Below are positions 31,781 to 41,305 of a DNA stretch of 64,000 nt, one piece after another; position 1 is the first letter of the stretch; each line of letters begins with the position of its first letter. Source of the stretch: a bacterium (GTDB taxonomy: Bacteria; Planctomycetota; SZUA-567); NCBI GenBank assembly GCA_003245715.1, contig QKCJ01000019.1:3119-67118 (forward strand). Direction: 5' to 3'. Made by a program: the position numbers and the translations under genes. The notes under the pieces are model-generated. The model was given only the letters and a program-made list of their open reading frames with translations. It was not told where the DNA came from and did not search any database.

Positions 31781-33435
31781 CAGCCTTCTCTTTCTTTAAA
31801 CATACTAAGGTCAACTTCAAGCCCGCGCTTGCGCATCTCCTGGACAAACTCAGGAATCTCGCCGGTCGCAGTATGATAACCCATCACCTTGCCCTCTTCA
31901 TCATAACCTTTCTGGCGGAATTCGAAGATATTCTGCAGGGTAATCACATCCCCCTGCATCCCCGTCACCGCCGAGACATGCGTGATCTTACGGCTGCCAT
32001 CAGCAAGACGCGCTGCCTGCACGATAAAATCAACCGCACTTGAAATCTGCTCGCGGATAGCCTGCGACGGCAACTCCATACCGGCCATCAGAACCAGCGT
32101 CTCCATACGCGAAAGCGCGTCTCTTGGATTATTGGCGTGCAGCGTGGTCAGTGATCCGTCATGACCGGTGTTCATCGCCTGCAGCATGTCAAGCGCCTCA
32201 CCGCCACGACATTCACCAACCACAATCCGGTCAGGCCGCATACGCAGACAGTTCTTGACCAGATCACGGATATTAACGGCGTTACGCCCTTCAAGGTTGG
32301 CCGGACGGCTTTCAAGGCGCACCACGTGCGGCTGCTGCAGCTGCAGTTCGGCCGAGTCCTCAACCGTGACAATACGTTCATCATGCGGGATGTAATTACT
32401 CGTAACATTAAGCAGCGTCGTCTTACCGGAACCGGTACCGCCGGAGATAACAATATTTGCGCGGTTCTTCACCGCCAGCGCCAGAAAATCGGCCATCGGC
32501 CTTGTCATACTGCCGAAATTAATCAGGTCATCAATGCGAAACGGAGTAGTCGCAAATTTTCGGATAGTCAGCGTCGGCCCCGACAGTGCCAGCGGTGGAA
32601 TAATCGCGTTGACACGACTGCCGTCAGGCAGACGCCCGTCAGCCATCGGCGTCGTCTCATCAATACGCCTACCGATCGGCGAAAGAATCCGGCGGATAAT
32701 GGAAACGACCTGCATGTCATCGGTAAACTGTTTTGACGATAGCGCGATCTTACCGTGTTTTTCAACATAAACCTTGTCCCACGCACAGACCATGATTTCA
32801 TCAACCTCAGGATCAGCCAAAAGCTCCTCAAGACAGCCAAGGCCAACCGCCTCGTCAACGATCTCCTTAACCAGCGCCTCCTGCGTCAGCCAGCCGGGAA
32901 GGGCGTGCGCGTACTCCTGAATAATTTTGCTGCAGACCTCAGTCGTCCGCAGGCGTAACTCCTCAAGCGAGCGCTGTGACATATCCTGCCGCTTGAGATC
33001 CATCCGTTCAATCAATATCGCGTGGATCTGCCGCTTGAGATCAACCGGCGTAACCAGACGCGGCTTATTCTCAACCGGCGGTTTTGGCTTGGGTTTTGCC
33101 GCAGGCTGGGGCGGGATACTGTTACCGCCACGTCCCGCATCACTGGCGCCAAGACGGATAATATAATTACCAAGCTGCAAAGAACAGCGCGGATCAAACA
33201 GCGTCGGACGGTCTATGCGGTGCCCGTTTATCAGCGTACCATTGCGGCTGCCAAGATCATGCACCGCGATCTTGTCACCATGGCGGCGGATCTCACAGTG
33301 ATTGCGGCTGACAGCTTCATCATCAAGAACTATCAGGTTGGCACTGTCCTTGCCGATACTGACCACTTCACCCGAAAAATCCACTGTCCTGGCCTGACCG
33401 CTCCTGCGGTCGGTAACCGTTATTACATCAGACAA
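31780..33435 (-). CDS. FHA domain fused to a CpaF/TadA-type secretion ATPase
   Basis: 551 aa. N-terminal FHA ([51 protein letters not shown]), linker [18 protein letters not shown], then an ATPase with Walker [15 protein letters not shown], Walker B-like [12 protein letters not shown] and the His-box region [15 protein letters not shown] start preceded by AAGGGG. Confidence 0.9.
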   Translation of the reverse strand: MSDVITVTDRRSGQARTVDFSGEVVSIGKDSANLIVLDDEAVSRNHCEIRRHGDKIAVHDLGSRNGTLINGHRIDRPTLFDPRCSLQLGNYIIRLGASDAGRGGNSIPPQPAAKPKPKPPVENKPRLVTPVDLKRQIHAILIERMDLKRQDMSQRSLEELRLRTTEVCSKIIQEYAHALPGWLTQEALVKEIVDEAVGLGCLEELLADPEVDEIMVCAWDKVYVEKHGKIALSSKQFTDDMQVVSIIRRILSPIGRRIDETTPMADGRLPDGSRVNAIIPPLALSGPTLTIRKFATTPFRIDDLINFGSMTRPMADFLALAVKNRANIVISGGTGSGKTTLLNVTSNYIPHDERIVTVEDSAELQLQQPHVVRLESRPANLEGRNAVNIRDLVKNCLRMRPDRIVVGECRGGEALDMLQAMNTGHDGSLTTLHANNPRDALSRMETLVLMAGMELPSQAIREQISSAVDFIVQAARLADGSRKITHVSAVTGMQGDVITLQNIFEFRQKGYDEEGKVMGYHTATGEIPEFVQEMRKRGLEVDLSMFKEREG

Positions 33436-33477
33436 AAGCCAAACCCCTTATTTCATGTTACCTAAAAAAAACATCCA

Positions 33478-34272
33478 TTACTCAGCCGGGCGCAGACCCT
33501 TGAAATCCTCAGACAGGTCCCAATAAACATTAGGCTTCTGATACTCTTTCTCGCTGGGATCAAGCCCTTCAACCATCTTGGTCTCCGAAGGATTACGCAG
33601 AATCATCTGCAGCTGGATACCCGTGCGGCTGCCCTGCGCGTTGACCAGACGAAGCGCATCCGCCGGACGCAGCTCAAGGGTGACAGTCCTGTACATCCGC
33701 TTGTCAAAACGCGATTCATCCGCCTGCAGAATCTGGTTGTCAATAGCCAGAACCTTCGCCGCCTGCAGCAAATAATAACTCTTGGTGTAATCCCTGATTA
33801 TCTTGTCATCCTTCTTGACCGTACCGCCGGTGAGGACAACGTCGACATAATCACCGGGACGAATAAGTCCGGCCACACCCGCTACATTATCAACCCGGAT
33901 AGTCACCGCCCGCATTCCCGGCTGTACAGCCAGACGCGCCAGGCTCGCTTCTTTTTTGACATTAGTCATGAACTCTTCAAAGACCGGTCGTTTCGGGTCA
34001 AGATCACGCGAAGCAGTCTTGCCGAAAAAACGGTAACGCTCAACATAAGGGATCATACCCTGAACAACATAATCCTTGGGAATCATAACCGGCATACAGT
34101 CGCGGCTCTTAAGCGGCTCTCCACGATTGACTTTATTACGCACAGAGAGTATCTGCACCGGATCGGTCTTTTGCATGTGTTCGATCTTCTGCTCATTCAT
34201 CCAGCTATATACGCCAATTGCCGCAATCGCTCCAAGAGTCACCGACAATACCAATGCTAGTTTTGTGTTCAT
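33478..34272 (-). CDS. cpaB: Flp pilus assembly protein CpaB/RcpC family
   Basis: 264 aa. N-terminal TM segment LALVLSVTLGAIAAIGVYSW, a SAF-like segment (ILSVRNKVNRGEPLKSRD) and the RcpC-like GDYVDVVLTG motif. Position upstream of the ATPase gene. Confidence 0.8.
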   Translation of the reverse strand: MNTKLALVLSVTLGAIAAIGVYSWMNEQKIEHMQKTDPVQILSVRNKVNRGEPLKSRDCMPVMIPKDYVVQGMIPYVERYRFFGKTASRDLDPKRPVFEEFMTNVKKEASLARLAVQPGMRAVTIRVDNVAGVAGLIRPGDYVDVVLTGGTVKKDDKIIRDYTKSYYLLQAAKVLAIDNQILQADESRFDKRMYRTVTLELRPADALRLVNAQGSRTGIQLQMILRNPSETKMVEGLDPSEKEYQKPNVYWDLSEDFKGLRPAE

Positions 34273-34292
34273 ATAAATTCCCTGAAAAATTA

Positions 34293-34787
34293 TTACTCTT
34301 TAACCAACGGTACCGTAACAATACTTACCCGGAAATGGCTTCCTTTATCTGCCGGGAAAACCTGTAACGCCAGACTGAGATTGCCCAGCCTGTACATATC
34401 ACTCAAAGCCCCCGATCCCTGCGGCAACTTATTATTATATTTTTTCCACCCTGCTTTAGCAAGCTCAGTCTCATAGAATGCGCTAATTCTTTGCATTGGC
34501 AGTGGACTTGTGCATAAAAGCTGCAATCTTCTGGCGCCATTATCCTTGCCCCGCTCAAGCCGGCTGACCACACTTGTCTGCGGCGGCAGAAGAATCTCCT
34601 GCCAGTTAAAGTCCCTGGCCGCATCCTTTACAGCCTCCGCAACCACACCCTGAGAACCGCCGCCTGAATACATGCGCAAACCCAGACCGGAAGCCATATA
34701 CTCCCTGCCCAATAAAACAATACAGACAGCCCCCGCAAAAAAAGCAATGGCTGTCAGTGTTTTTACTGTTTTTTTACCAATCGGCAT
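34293..34787 (-). CDS. Hypothetical N-terminally anchored protein inside the Tad locus
   Basis: 164 aa. TM segment LTAIAFFAGAVCIVLL. No motif I recognise. Co-directional and tightly spaced with its neighbours. Confidence 0.55.
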   Translation of the reverse strand: MPIGKKTVKTLTAIAFFAGAVCIVLLGREYMASGLGLRMYSGGGSQGVVAEAVKDAARDFNWQEILLPPQTSVVSRLERGKDNGARRLQLLCTSPLPMQRISAFYETELAKAGWKKYNNKLPQGSGALSDMYRLGNLSLALQVFPADKGSHFRVSIVTVPLVKE

Positions 34788-34807
34788 AACTTAGCGCCTC
34801 ATGCAAA

Positions 34808-35719
34808 TCACCAATTCGGCGAATTAACCGAACTACCATGCAACACACCCACATCAACATAAGAACCGTCTATTTCACTGCTGGTCAGGGATGACGGAGC
34901 AACCGCACCGGCGGAAGTCTTATAAATGGTTGCCAGAGCAGATGAAAGCGAACTGACATCATCACCCCAGTCGCGCATATAGGGATTGTTTATTACCGCC
35001 CAGAAAGAACTCACATCACGCGGAAAAACCTTTATCCCCTCCTCCGAGCGCCAGGTCTGGGAGGTTGAAACCTTGCTCTCAAACGGCAAACGCCCACGCC
35101 CCAGAGGAAGCGCGTAGGAATAATTCGCCGTCGAGCTTTTATAATCTATCCAGTCGCCAAGAGACACCGATATCTGCGGCAGCACATCATCCTCATCAGT
35201 TATGTCAACGGAAATATCATCGCCCTCATTATACACTGTCGAGGTATCAAGATTCCCCATCAACCCCAACTGTGCTATCCGGCTTCCCGCCTGCGTACGC
35301 CTGACCTTATAGCCGCCTGAGCTGCTGTCAAAATACACCTGCGTTCCCGAAAGTTCAAACGCCCTCTGCATATCATCACCATTGCTGTCATAAGGCAAAA
35401 CCGGTTCATCATCCTCAGTAATACCCGCAACACTGTTGAAGTCTTCTTCATTGTCATAGGTAACCTGATCGCCGACGTAAGCCATACCCTTCATCTTCCC
35501 GAAGAAATATTCCGATTTCAGGCTCGTATCATTGAGTGTACTGCTGGTTGTAAAATACTTCACCGCCTCCTGCTTACCGGCAACCAGATGCCAGAAGAAG
35601 ATCGCCCCCATGATAATCAGAATATAGGGCAGCATGCAGATAACCAGTTCAATTAGAGCTGTCCCCTGATTGTTCTTCATTTGTCCTGTCCTTATATTCA
35701 AACCACTACCTCTGACCAT
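34808..35719 (-). CDS. TadE/TadF-like pseudopilin with a long C-terminal extension
   Basis: N-terminal QGTALIELVICMLPYILIIMGAIFFW fits the TadE-like signature (G-x-x-x-x-E followed by a hydrophobic helix). Start uncertain: TTG 35725, ATG 35719 or ATG 35680. Confidence 0.7.
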   Translation of the reverse strand: MVRGSGLNIRTGQMKNNQGTALIELVICMLPYILIIMGAIFFWHLVAGKQEAVKYFTTSSTLNDTSLKSEYFFGKMKGMAYVGDQVTYDNEEDFNSVAGITEDDEPVLPYDSNGDDMQRAFELSGTQVYFDSSSGGYKVRRTQAGSRIAQLGLMGNLDTSTVYNEGDDISVDITDEDDVLPQISVSLGDWIDYKSSTANYSYALPLGRGRLPFESKVSTSQTWRSEEGIKVFPRDVSSFWAVINNPYMRDWGDDVSSLSSALATIYKTSAGAVAPSSLTSSEIDGSYVDVGVLHGSSVNSPNW

Positions 35720-35721
35720 AA

Positions 35722-38700
35722 TCAATGACGCACCAGAGAATCATAAATACGGTTTTGCCAATTGAGACTCTTCCCGTTGTTTGTTCCCTGCTGCGGCGGC
35801 GCGGTGATATTATTCCACGAATTATTTGCCTGCTGGCTCTCATAAGACCAGGCATTATCCTTGGTATAGGCATTCTTCATCCAGCCGTCACGCTGCGAGT
35901 GATAATGATATCTCGCCGCCTCGGTATATTTATTGATAAGATAATCAGCAGGCGAGTTGATATCTTCGACCGTTTCTTCATACGGTTCAACATCACGCAC
36001 AAAGAGCGAGGTGTTAATCGGCACCATCTGCGCCGCCCAAACCGTCTCAAAAAGATTATAGCTGCTAGCCAGCCACTTCTGGCGGTAACCACGCATTTCA
36101 TAATTGGTAATCTGGTCAATTCCGTCAGGGTAGCCAATTGCCGCATTAGCCAGATCGCACGCGCCAGCCTTCAGATCCGACGGAAAGAGATTGTCATCAT
36201 AGTAGGCAAAATTAGTCAGATAGCCACCATCATCAGGCGCACGCATAAAGACCCGCGACGCAGCAAAGGCAAAATGCCCCGAGTTCCATTTATACTTGTT
36301 GCCATCCTCAGTCAGATAAAGCGGATTACCCTGGCCGATATCTTTTCTTTTCTGCGATATATCATCCCGGTTTCTGCCAAGCAGCGGCGCCAGCCAACCC
36401 ATACGTTCGGACTTGAAGACGCAGACAGCCAGAGGCTTGCGGAATACCTGCGTTGTAAGCTCAAGCGGTTTTGCATAGATGGAACCGAATTTCAAAGTTG
36501 AAATTGTCGTTCCCATACCGACATGATCATTTAAAAATCCGGCCGTGCTGGCAGTACTCGCAAGCCAATTGGCCCCGCCGTGATAGGCATACCTGCGCAC
36601 CACTGCCGGAGCAACTTTGATTAGCGCTTTCATCTGCTCCCAGGTCGGGCCGGTTCCGGCAGCGTCAGCAGCATAAAAGTCTGCAGAGGCCAGATCCGGA
36701 TTGACTGAAATAAACGGATATTTCGGCTGATGCTTGAACATTGCAACCGCACCATACGGATCATAGATACACAAATAAACCACACCGCTATCAACATATG
36801 CGAAGAACGGCCTGGTTATGGTCACGCCTTCATCGATAGTTATTAAATCCAGCTTATCAACATTCATCAGCGCATAGATCTTTCTGCGCAAATCAGCAAG
36901 CTGCTCGTCAGCAAGATTTGTATACTTGGCAATAACATAAAAACCGCAAGAATCCTTATTGCCGCTGCTGATGGCAATCCCGGCATTGATATCCGAGTCA
37001 TCATCATGCTCAGGCGTAGCAGTCGTTGTCAGACTGCGGTAAAGATTCCAGAGCGGATTATCAGAAAGATGATAAGCAATATCTGAGAGTGTGCCATAGC
37101 GGTTATTGTAAAGATCAACCAGAGTGTCGCCGGTGCAGATGCGGCGTTTGAGATACACCGTACCATCAACATTAACCCCCGGGTCATAACTTGACTTCGC
37201 TGTCACCGAATAGGTATACGCACTCGTCCCCCCGTCAGCCTTGCCGTCACCATTGATATCGCTGTTAGCCAGCTGACCCGTACTCAGGTCAAAGAAGCCT
37301 CCAAACCCGCCACTGGCTGTAGCTTCATAATTGCTGCGCGGTGTTCTTGGCGGACAGGCCCAGAGAGCGCCGTTATTAAGTAAAAGATCCCAGACACTCT
37401 TCCCAAACTCCTGCCAGAGGGTATTATCGCTCTTCCAGTTGTCAAGCAGTGTCGAATTATCATCGCGCGGATTATACTGCCTCGGCACAGACGACACCGG
37501 CACATACCCCTCAAGAAGCGAGTCACTGAGAATTTTTTCATGCACCAGCCCGCGCAGTCCAAGCTTGAGAAAACTCATATCCTGCATCCAGCTGCCACTG
37601 TCTGAAATTTCATACTTCCAGCGCCCGTCATTGGTCAGCGTCGCATCAGGATATTCAAAAATCCTGTGCTCGCGCCGCCCCTGGTTGCCAGTAAGCGAAC
37701 GCCAATTACGGCTCGGACTGGAAGTCGTCAAACCCCTGACCCATGCCTCAACATCATCCGCCCTGATCCAGCCGATTGCGCTGTTAAAATGATAATGCAC
37801 TACCAGCGAATTGTTGAAAGTGGCATAAACTTTACCGCTCAGATACATCTCAAAAGGCCAGCTCAAGCGCATGCCGCTGATATAACCCGGAAAAGACGCC
37901 GGCACAGTAAGCCCGTTAATTGTCACCGAACCTTCATAGCTTGTGTCATTGACACTGAAATTACCATCATCATCAAGCTCATATTTATCACCGTCAATAA
38001 TACTGCCGGTATCAGTCTTCTCAACCACATCCCGCGCATCCGTACCACTGCCGCCACCAGGAACATAACTCCCCGGCTCAACCACCACCATCACCACCGT
38101 ACCGCCATCACTCTCGGCGTAGGTGGTTATCTTATAATCTTTTGAATTGATTGAAAACTCATACTCACCCGAGCAATAAACCGTACCCTTGTATTTTGTC
38201 GCCCCCGAAACGCCGCTTGCTTTCTTAAAGGGCGAATAGTCTGTGGACTTTATCGTCGCATCAAGCGTATTACTGCTGGAACTACCGTCACTGTCCACAC
38301 TGTCAGGCTCATCAAGAAGAATATGCCACTCATTGTAAGTCCCGTTATCAGCTACAGACTTGTCAACCACTACGTGCAGCATCTCCATGGAGTATCCCGG
38401 ATCTGTTTCACTCGTTACCTTCCAGCCCTTGCTGCTTGATAATGTCGAAGGGTTAAGCTCCAGAACCGCGTCATGAAATGAGCCGCCCTCAGGATAAAAT
38501 TCCCAGGCGGAATTTCCACTGTCGCCGGGGTTGGGAAATATCGCAATACGCAAAGGCTTGTTGACACTGCCGCTCTCGGGTTTCTGAAAATAATTTGCAT
38601 GCGCAGACTGATAGACCTGATTCTTAATCAGCATCGGCGCGGCAATGGCAATCAGGCGCTGCGCCTTAATCAGGTGCATATACCACTCTTCACCATTACT

Positions 38701-39129
38701 GGCCCAGGAATAATTCCCCGCGCAAGAAGGATCATTAATGCTGGCAGCCTTTAAACCGAGGGTTACTCCGGACGAGTCGATGGCTGTTGACGGGTCCCAC
38801 CAGGCCTGCGAGACGCTCTTCTTGGTACGCTCCTGAATATTAGAGACTGAAGCCACTACCGCCTTGCCATACAAAACTGCCATGCCTTCATTAAGCCACG
38901 CCATCTGCGCCAGACAGTCAGCCTCAACCGCCGCGCCGGAATACGCCGCAGAGTCCGCCGCATTCTGCAGACGCATCTGGTCAGTTGTGATGTCGCCGAT
39001 ACCGACAATCATCCCCACCATTATAACCAGAATGAAAAAGGTGAATGCAGTAAAGAGCATCGACTGTCCAGACTCATCGCGCCTGAATGCCAGGATCTTG
39101 CCGTAAAATTCCGCTCTCTTACCGTTCAT
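35722..39129 (-). CDS. Giant TadG-like pseudopilin or adhesin candidate (1135 aa)
   Basis: N-terminal RRDESGQSMLFTAFTFFILVIMVGMIVGIGDITTDQMRLQNAADSAAYSGA matches the TadE/G-like N-terminal domain seen in TadG proteins. The remaining roughly 1050 aa match nothing I recognise except one DINGDGKADGG Ca-binding-like loop. Confidence 0.75.
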   Translation of the reverse strand: MNGKRAEFYGKILAFRRDESGQSMLFTAFTFFILVIMVGMIVGIGDITTDQMRLQNAADSAAYSGAAVEADCLAQMAWLNEGMAVLYGKAVVASVSNIQERTKKSVSQAWWDPSTAIDSSGVTLGLKAASINDPSCAGNYSWASNGEEWYMHLIKAQRLIAIAAPMLIKNQVYQSAHANYFQKPESGSVNKPLRIAIFPNPGDSGNSAWEFYPEGGSFHDAVLELNPSTLSSSKGWKVTSETDPGYSMEMLHVVVDKSVADNGTYNEWHILLDEPDSVDSDGSSSSNTLDATIKSTDYSPFKKASGVSGATKYKGTVYCSGEYEFSINSKDYKITTYAESDGGTVVMVVVEPGSYVPGGGSGTDARDVVEKTDTGSIIDGDKYELDDDGNFSVNDTSYEGSVTINGLTVPASFPGYISGMRLSWPFEMYLSGKVYATFNNSLVVHYHFNSAIGWIRADDVEAWVRGLTTSSPSRNWRSLTGNQGRREHRIFEYPDATLTNDGRWKYEISDSGSWMQDMSFLKLGLRGLVHEKILSDSLLEGYVPVSSVPRQYNPRDDNSTLLDNWKSDNTLWQEFGKSVWDLLLNNGALWACPPRTPRSNYEATASGGFGGFFDLSTGQLANSDINGDGKADGGTSAYTYSVTAKSSYDPGVNVDGTVYLKRRICTGDTLVDLYNNRYGTLSDIAYHLSDNPLWNLYRSLTTTATPEHDDDSDINAGIAISSGNKDSCGFYVIAKYTNLADEQLADLRRKIYALMNVDKLDLITIDEGVTITRPFFAYVDSGVVYLCIYDPYGAVAMFKHQPKYPFISVNPDLASADFYAADAAGTGPTWEQMKALIKVAPAVVRRYAYHGGANWLASTASTAGFLNDHVGMGTTISTLKFGSIYAKPLELTTQVFRKPLAVCVFKSERMGWLAPLLGRNRDDISQKRKDIGQGNPLYLTEDGNKYKWNSGHFAFAASRVFMRAPDDGGYLTNFAYYDDNLFPSDLKAGACDLANAAIGYPDGIDQITNYEMRGYRQKWLASSYNLFETVWAAQMVPINTSLFVRDVEPYEETVEDINSPADYLINKYTEAARYHYHSQRDGWMKNAYTKDNAWSYESQQANNSWNNITAPPQQGTNNGKSLNWQNRIYDSLVRH

Positions 39130-39209
39130 GGGATTTCCCTGAAAATTTGCCCCGACTTTTTATCCAACCAACCCCGTCACAAAAAATGGGCTATTTAAAA
39201 AAACACCCT

Positions 39210-39896
39210 CTAGTCTTTATAATTATAAACATCCGACCCCGGCGCCGTATCAATATCAGCCTCACGCTTCATGATATGCTGCCTGGTTATCAGATAATGC
39301 ACCAGATCATGACCTTTTTTCGATTTTAAGACTTCAATCCCGCCATTACTCTCAGACGCACCCGCAAAGTTGCGCCCCTGCGTCGTGTCAACCTTGGACT
39401 GCGGCAGAACCATCTGCATAACCCTGTCAACCACCGGGATCAGCAGTTCCTGTTTAAAGGTCAGTCTGGTGATTATCAGCTCCTGCGTACCGATTTCATC
39501 CGAATCAAATGTCAGACTGATCTTCGCCGCCGCCACACCACTGCCCCGCAGGTAGCCCCAGCCCGGGATATAAATATTTTCACTACTTTCACCGGCGATA
39601 CCGTGAAAGGCCAGCGGAGAGAGGGTGATCTGCGCAACCGGTTTGATATATTCCTCAAGCGAGTATGACGTTGAACCGACCGTTACCTTCTGTGAAGAAT
39701 TGTAATTGACCAGCGCCGCGCGCGCGCAGCGGTAGGTGGCAAAATTGACAACCAGCGAGGAGGCCATCAAAAGCATTATTTGGATCAGCCCGAAGGTGAT
39801 AAATAACTGAAATGGGAAAACGACGGCAAACTCAGCCAAAGCCTGTCCGTCGCTTTCCGTCTCTGTGAAAAAATTCCTCAGCTTACCAGCTATCAT
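39210..39896 (-). CDS. tadE: TadE-like pseudopilin
   Basis: 228 aa. DGQALAEFAVVFPFQLFITFGLIQIMLL is a canonical TadE-like N-terminus. Confidence 0.8.
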   Translation of the reverse strand: MIAGKLRNFFTETESDGQALAEFAVVFPFQLFITFGLIQIMLLMASSLVVNFATYRCARAALVNYNSSQKVTVGSTSYSLEEYIKPVAQITLSPLAFHGIAGESSENIYIPGWGYLRGSGVAAAKISLTFDSDEIGTQELIITRLTFKQELLIPVVDRVMQMVLPQSKVDTTQGRNFAGASESNGGIEVLKSKKGHDLVHYLITRQHIMKREADIDTAPGSDVYNYKD

Positions 39897-40026
39897 CTGT
39901 AAACTCCCAAATAATAAAATTCCCCTCAGCCTCGGAATTATTTTTTACTGCCCCACGCCCTGACAAATACCCGCAGGACACAAGGCAGTAAATCCGGATA
40001 GACAACCCGGCCCGTTCCCGCCAGCC

Positions 40027-40644
40027 CTAACCCACCGGCATAAACGGCAGCGCATAACCATTGCTATAAAAGAGCCAGACCGTCATAAGCACTCCCGCAC
40101 CGATTGCCACCGCGTACGGAATCGTCACCGGCGCCCCCAGCTCCTCATCGTCTTTCTCGCGTTTTTTAATCAGCACCATCGCCCGCAGAGACCTGCGCAG
40201 ACCACGCCGCATCTGCTTACTGTAAAGCAGGCAGATCAGCGCCAGCACCGCCCCCGCAACCGCACTGTTAAAGAGTACCCACAAGGAAAAACGCAAACCG
40301 GTAAGCGCGCCGATAGCCGCCGCCAGCTTCGCGTCACCCGCACCCATCCCGCCCGTCATGTAGGCAATGAAAAACGGAATGAATAACGCCAGCAGCCCCA
40401 TAACCGAATCCGCAAGCGTAATCCCCTGGTCATACTCGGAGCTTAAGACGTCAGCCGTGAAAACCCCTACCCCGCCGCGGACATACGCCAGAACCAGCCC
40501 GCCAACGAGCGCAATAAGAACCGGAAGGTTAAATATCTTCCGGCGCAGCAGATCCGTCGCCGCCGCTTGAAAAATCAGGCCAAAAAGCAGCACAACCTGC
40601 AAGAGCGCCGGAATATCATGCAAATCCACCGAAGCCACAATCAT
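40027..40644 (-). CDS. tadV: Prepilin peptidase, A24 family (TadV/CpaA type)
   Basis: 205 aa polytopic protein. The two catalytic Asp contexts are AAATDLLRRKIFN and GGMGAGDAKLAAAIG. It overlaps the flp stop by 4 nt. Confidence 0.85.
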   Translation of the reverse strand: MIVASVDLHDIPALLQVVLLFGLIFQAAATDLLRRKIFNLPVLIALVGGLVLAYVRGGVGVFTADVLSSEYDQGITLADSVMGLLALFIPFFIAYMTGGMGAGDAKLAAAIGALTGLRFSLWVLFNSAVAGAVLALICLLYSKQMRRGLRRSLRAMVLIKKREKDDEELGAPVTIPYAVAIGAGVLMTVWLFYSNGYALPFMPVG

Positions 40645-40850
40645 TCAGTGCTGTCATAATTTTCATTGGCTTCCTGAAGCTCATTACCAATGTTCTGGAA
40701 AGTCTCTTTACTCTGCTCACCGATAAACTTGATAGCGCCGATAGCGATAAGGGCGATCATGGCAACGATAATTGCGTATTCAGTCATGGTCTGACCGCGC
40801 TGATTCTTACGCTTCTTGGATTCTTCGAGCTTCTGCTTGTTAACCTTCAT
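40641..40850 (-). CDS. flp: Flp-family type IVb prepilin
   Basis: 69 aa. Processing motif RG/QTMTEYAIIVAMIALIAIGAI (G/xxxxEY followed by a hydrophobic helix). GGAGGAAG RBS. Confidence 0.9.
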   Translation of the reverse strand: MKVNKQKLEESKKRKNQRGQTMTEYAIIVAMIALIAIGAIKFIGEQSKETFQNIGNELQEANENYDSTE

Positions 40851-40939
40851 TTTACTTCCTCCACAAAAATACCGTTCCCGGTAACCCGCCGCTCTGCGGC
40901 AAAAATAATCTACCCCAAAACAAAATCTTTAATCTGCAA

Positions 40940-41215
40940 CTATGGAAATGGCAAAACAATAATCTTGACCAGATTCATATAAAAATCGCCAAGACCACCC
41001 ATAAACACCCCGACCGCACCGATCAGCCCCAGCATAATCATCGCAATCAGAAGGGCATACTCAACTATGGCCTGACCCGAATTGTTGCAGCCCCGCCGAA
41101 CCTTGTCGGATTTTCTGCAACCTGTAATGTCGGATTTTTCAACAACTGTGGTTTTTTCCAACATTATATTCACCGGCCTTTTTTCCAAAAACACCTGTTT
41201 TTCAGGCTTTTTCAC
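40940..41215 (-). CDS. flp: Second Flp-family prepilin with an unusually long leader
   Basis: SG/QAIVEYALLIAMIMLGLIGAVGVF motif. The leader is 47 aa from ATG 41215, or 29 aa if the start is the internal MLEKTT. Confidence 0.8.
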   Translation of the reverse strand: MKKPEKQVFLEKRPVNIMLEKTTVVEKSDITGCRKSDKVRRGCNNSGQAIVEYALLIAMIMLGLIGAVGVFMGGLGDFYMNLVKIIVLPFP

Positions 41216-41305
41216 TCTTTACAATTAATTATAAATCAATCAGCATGCCAGAATAAAAAACAATCGCCGCAATTATTTAAAAATCCCTGTTAAATCCACG
41301 AAGCC

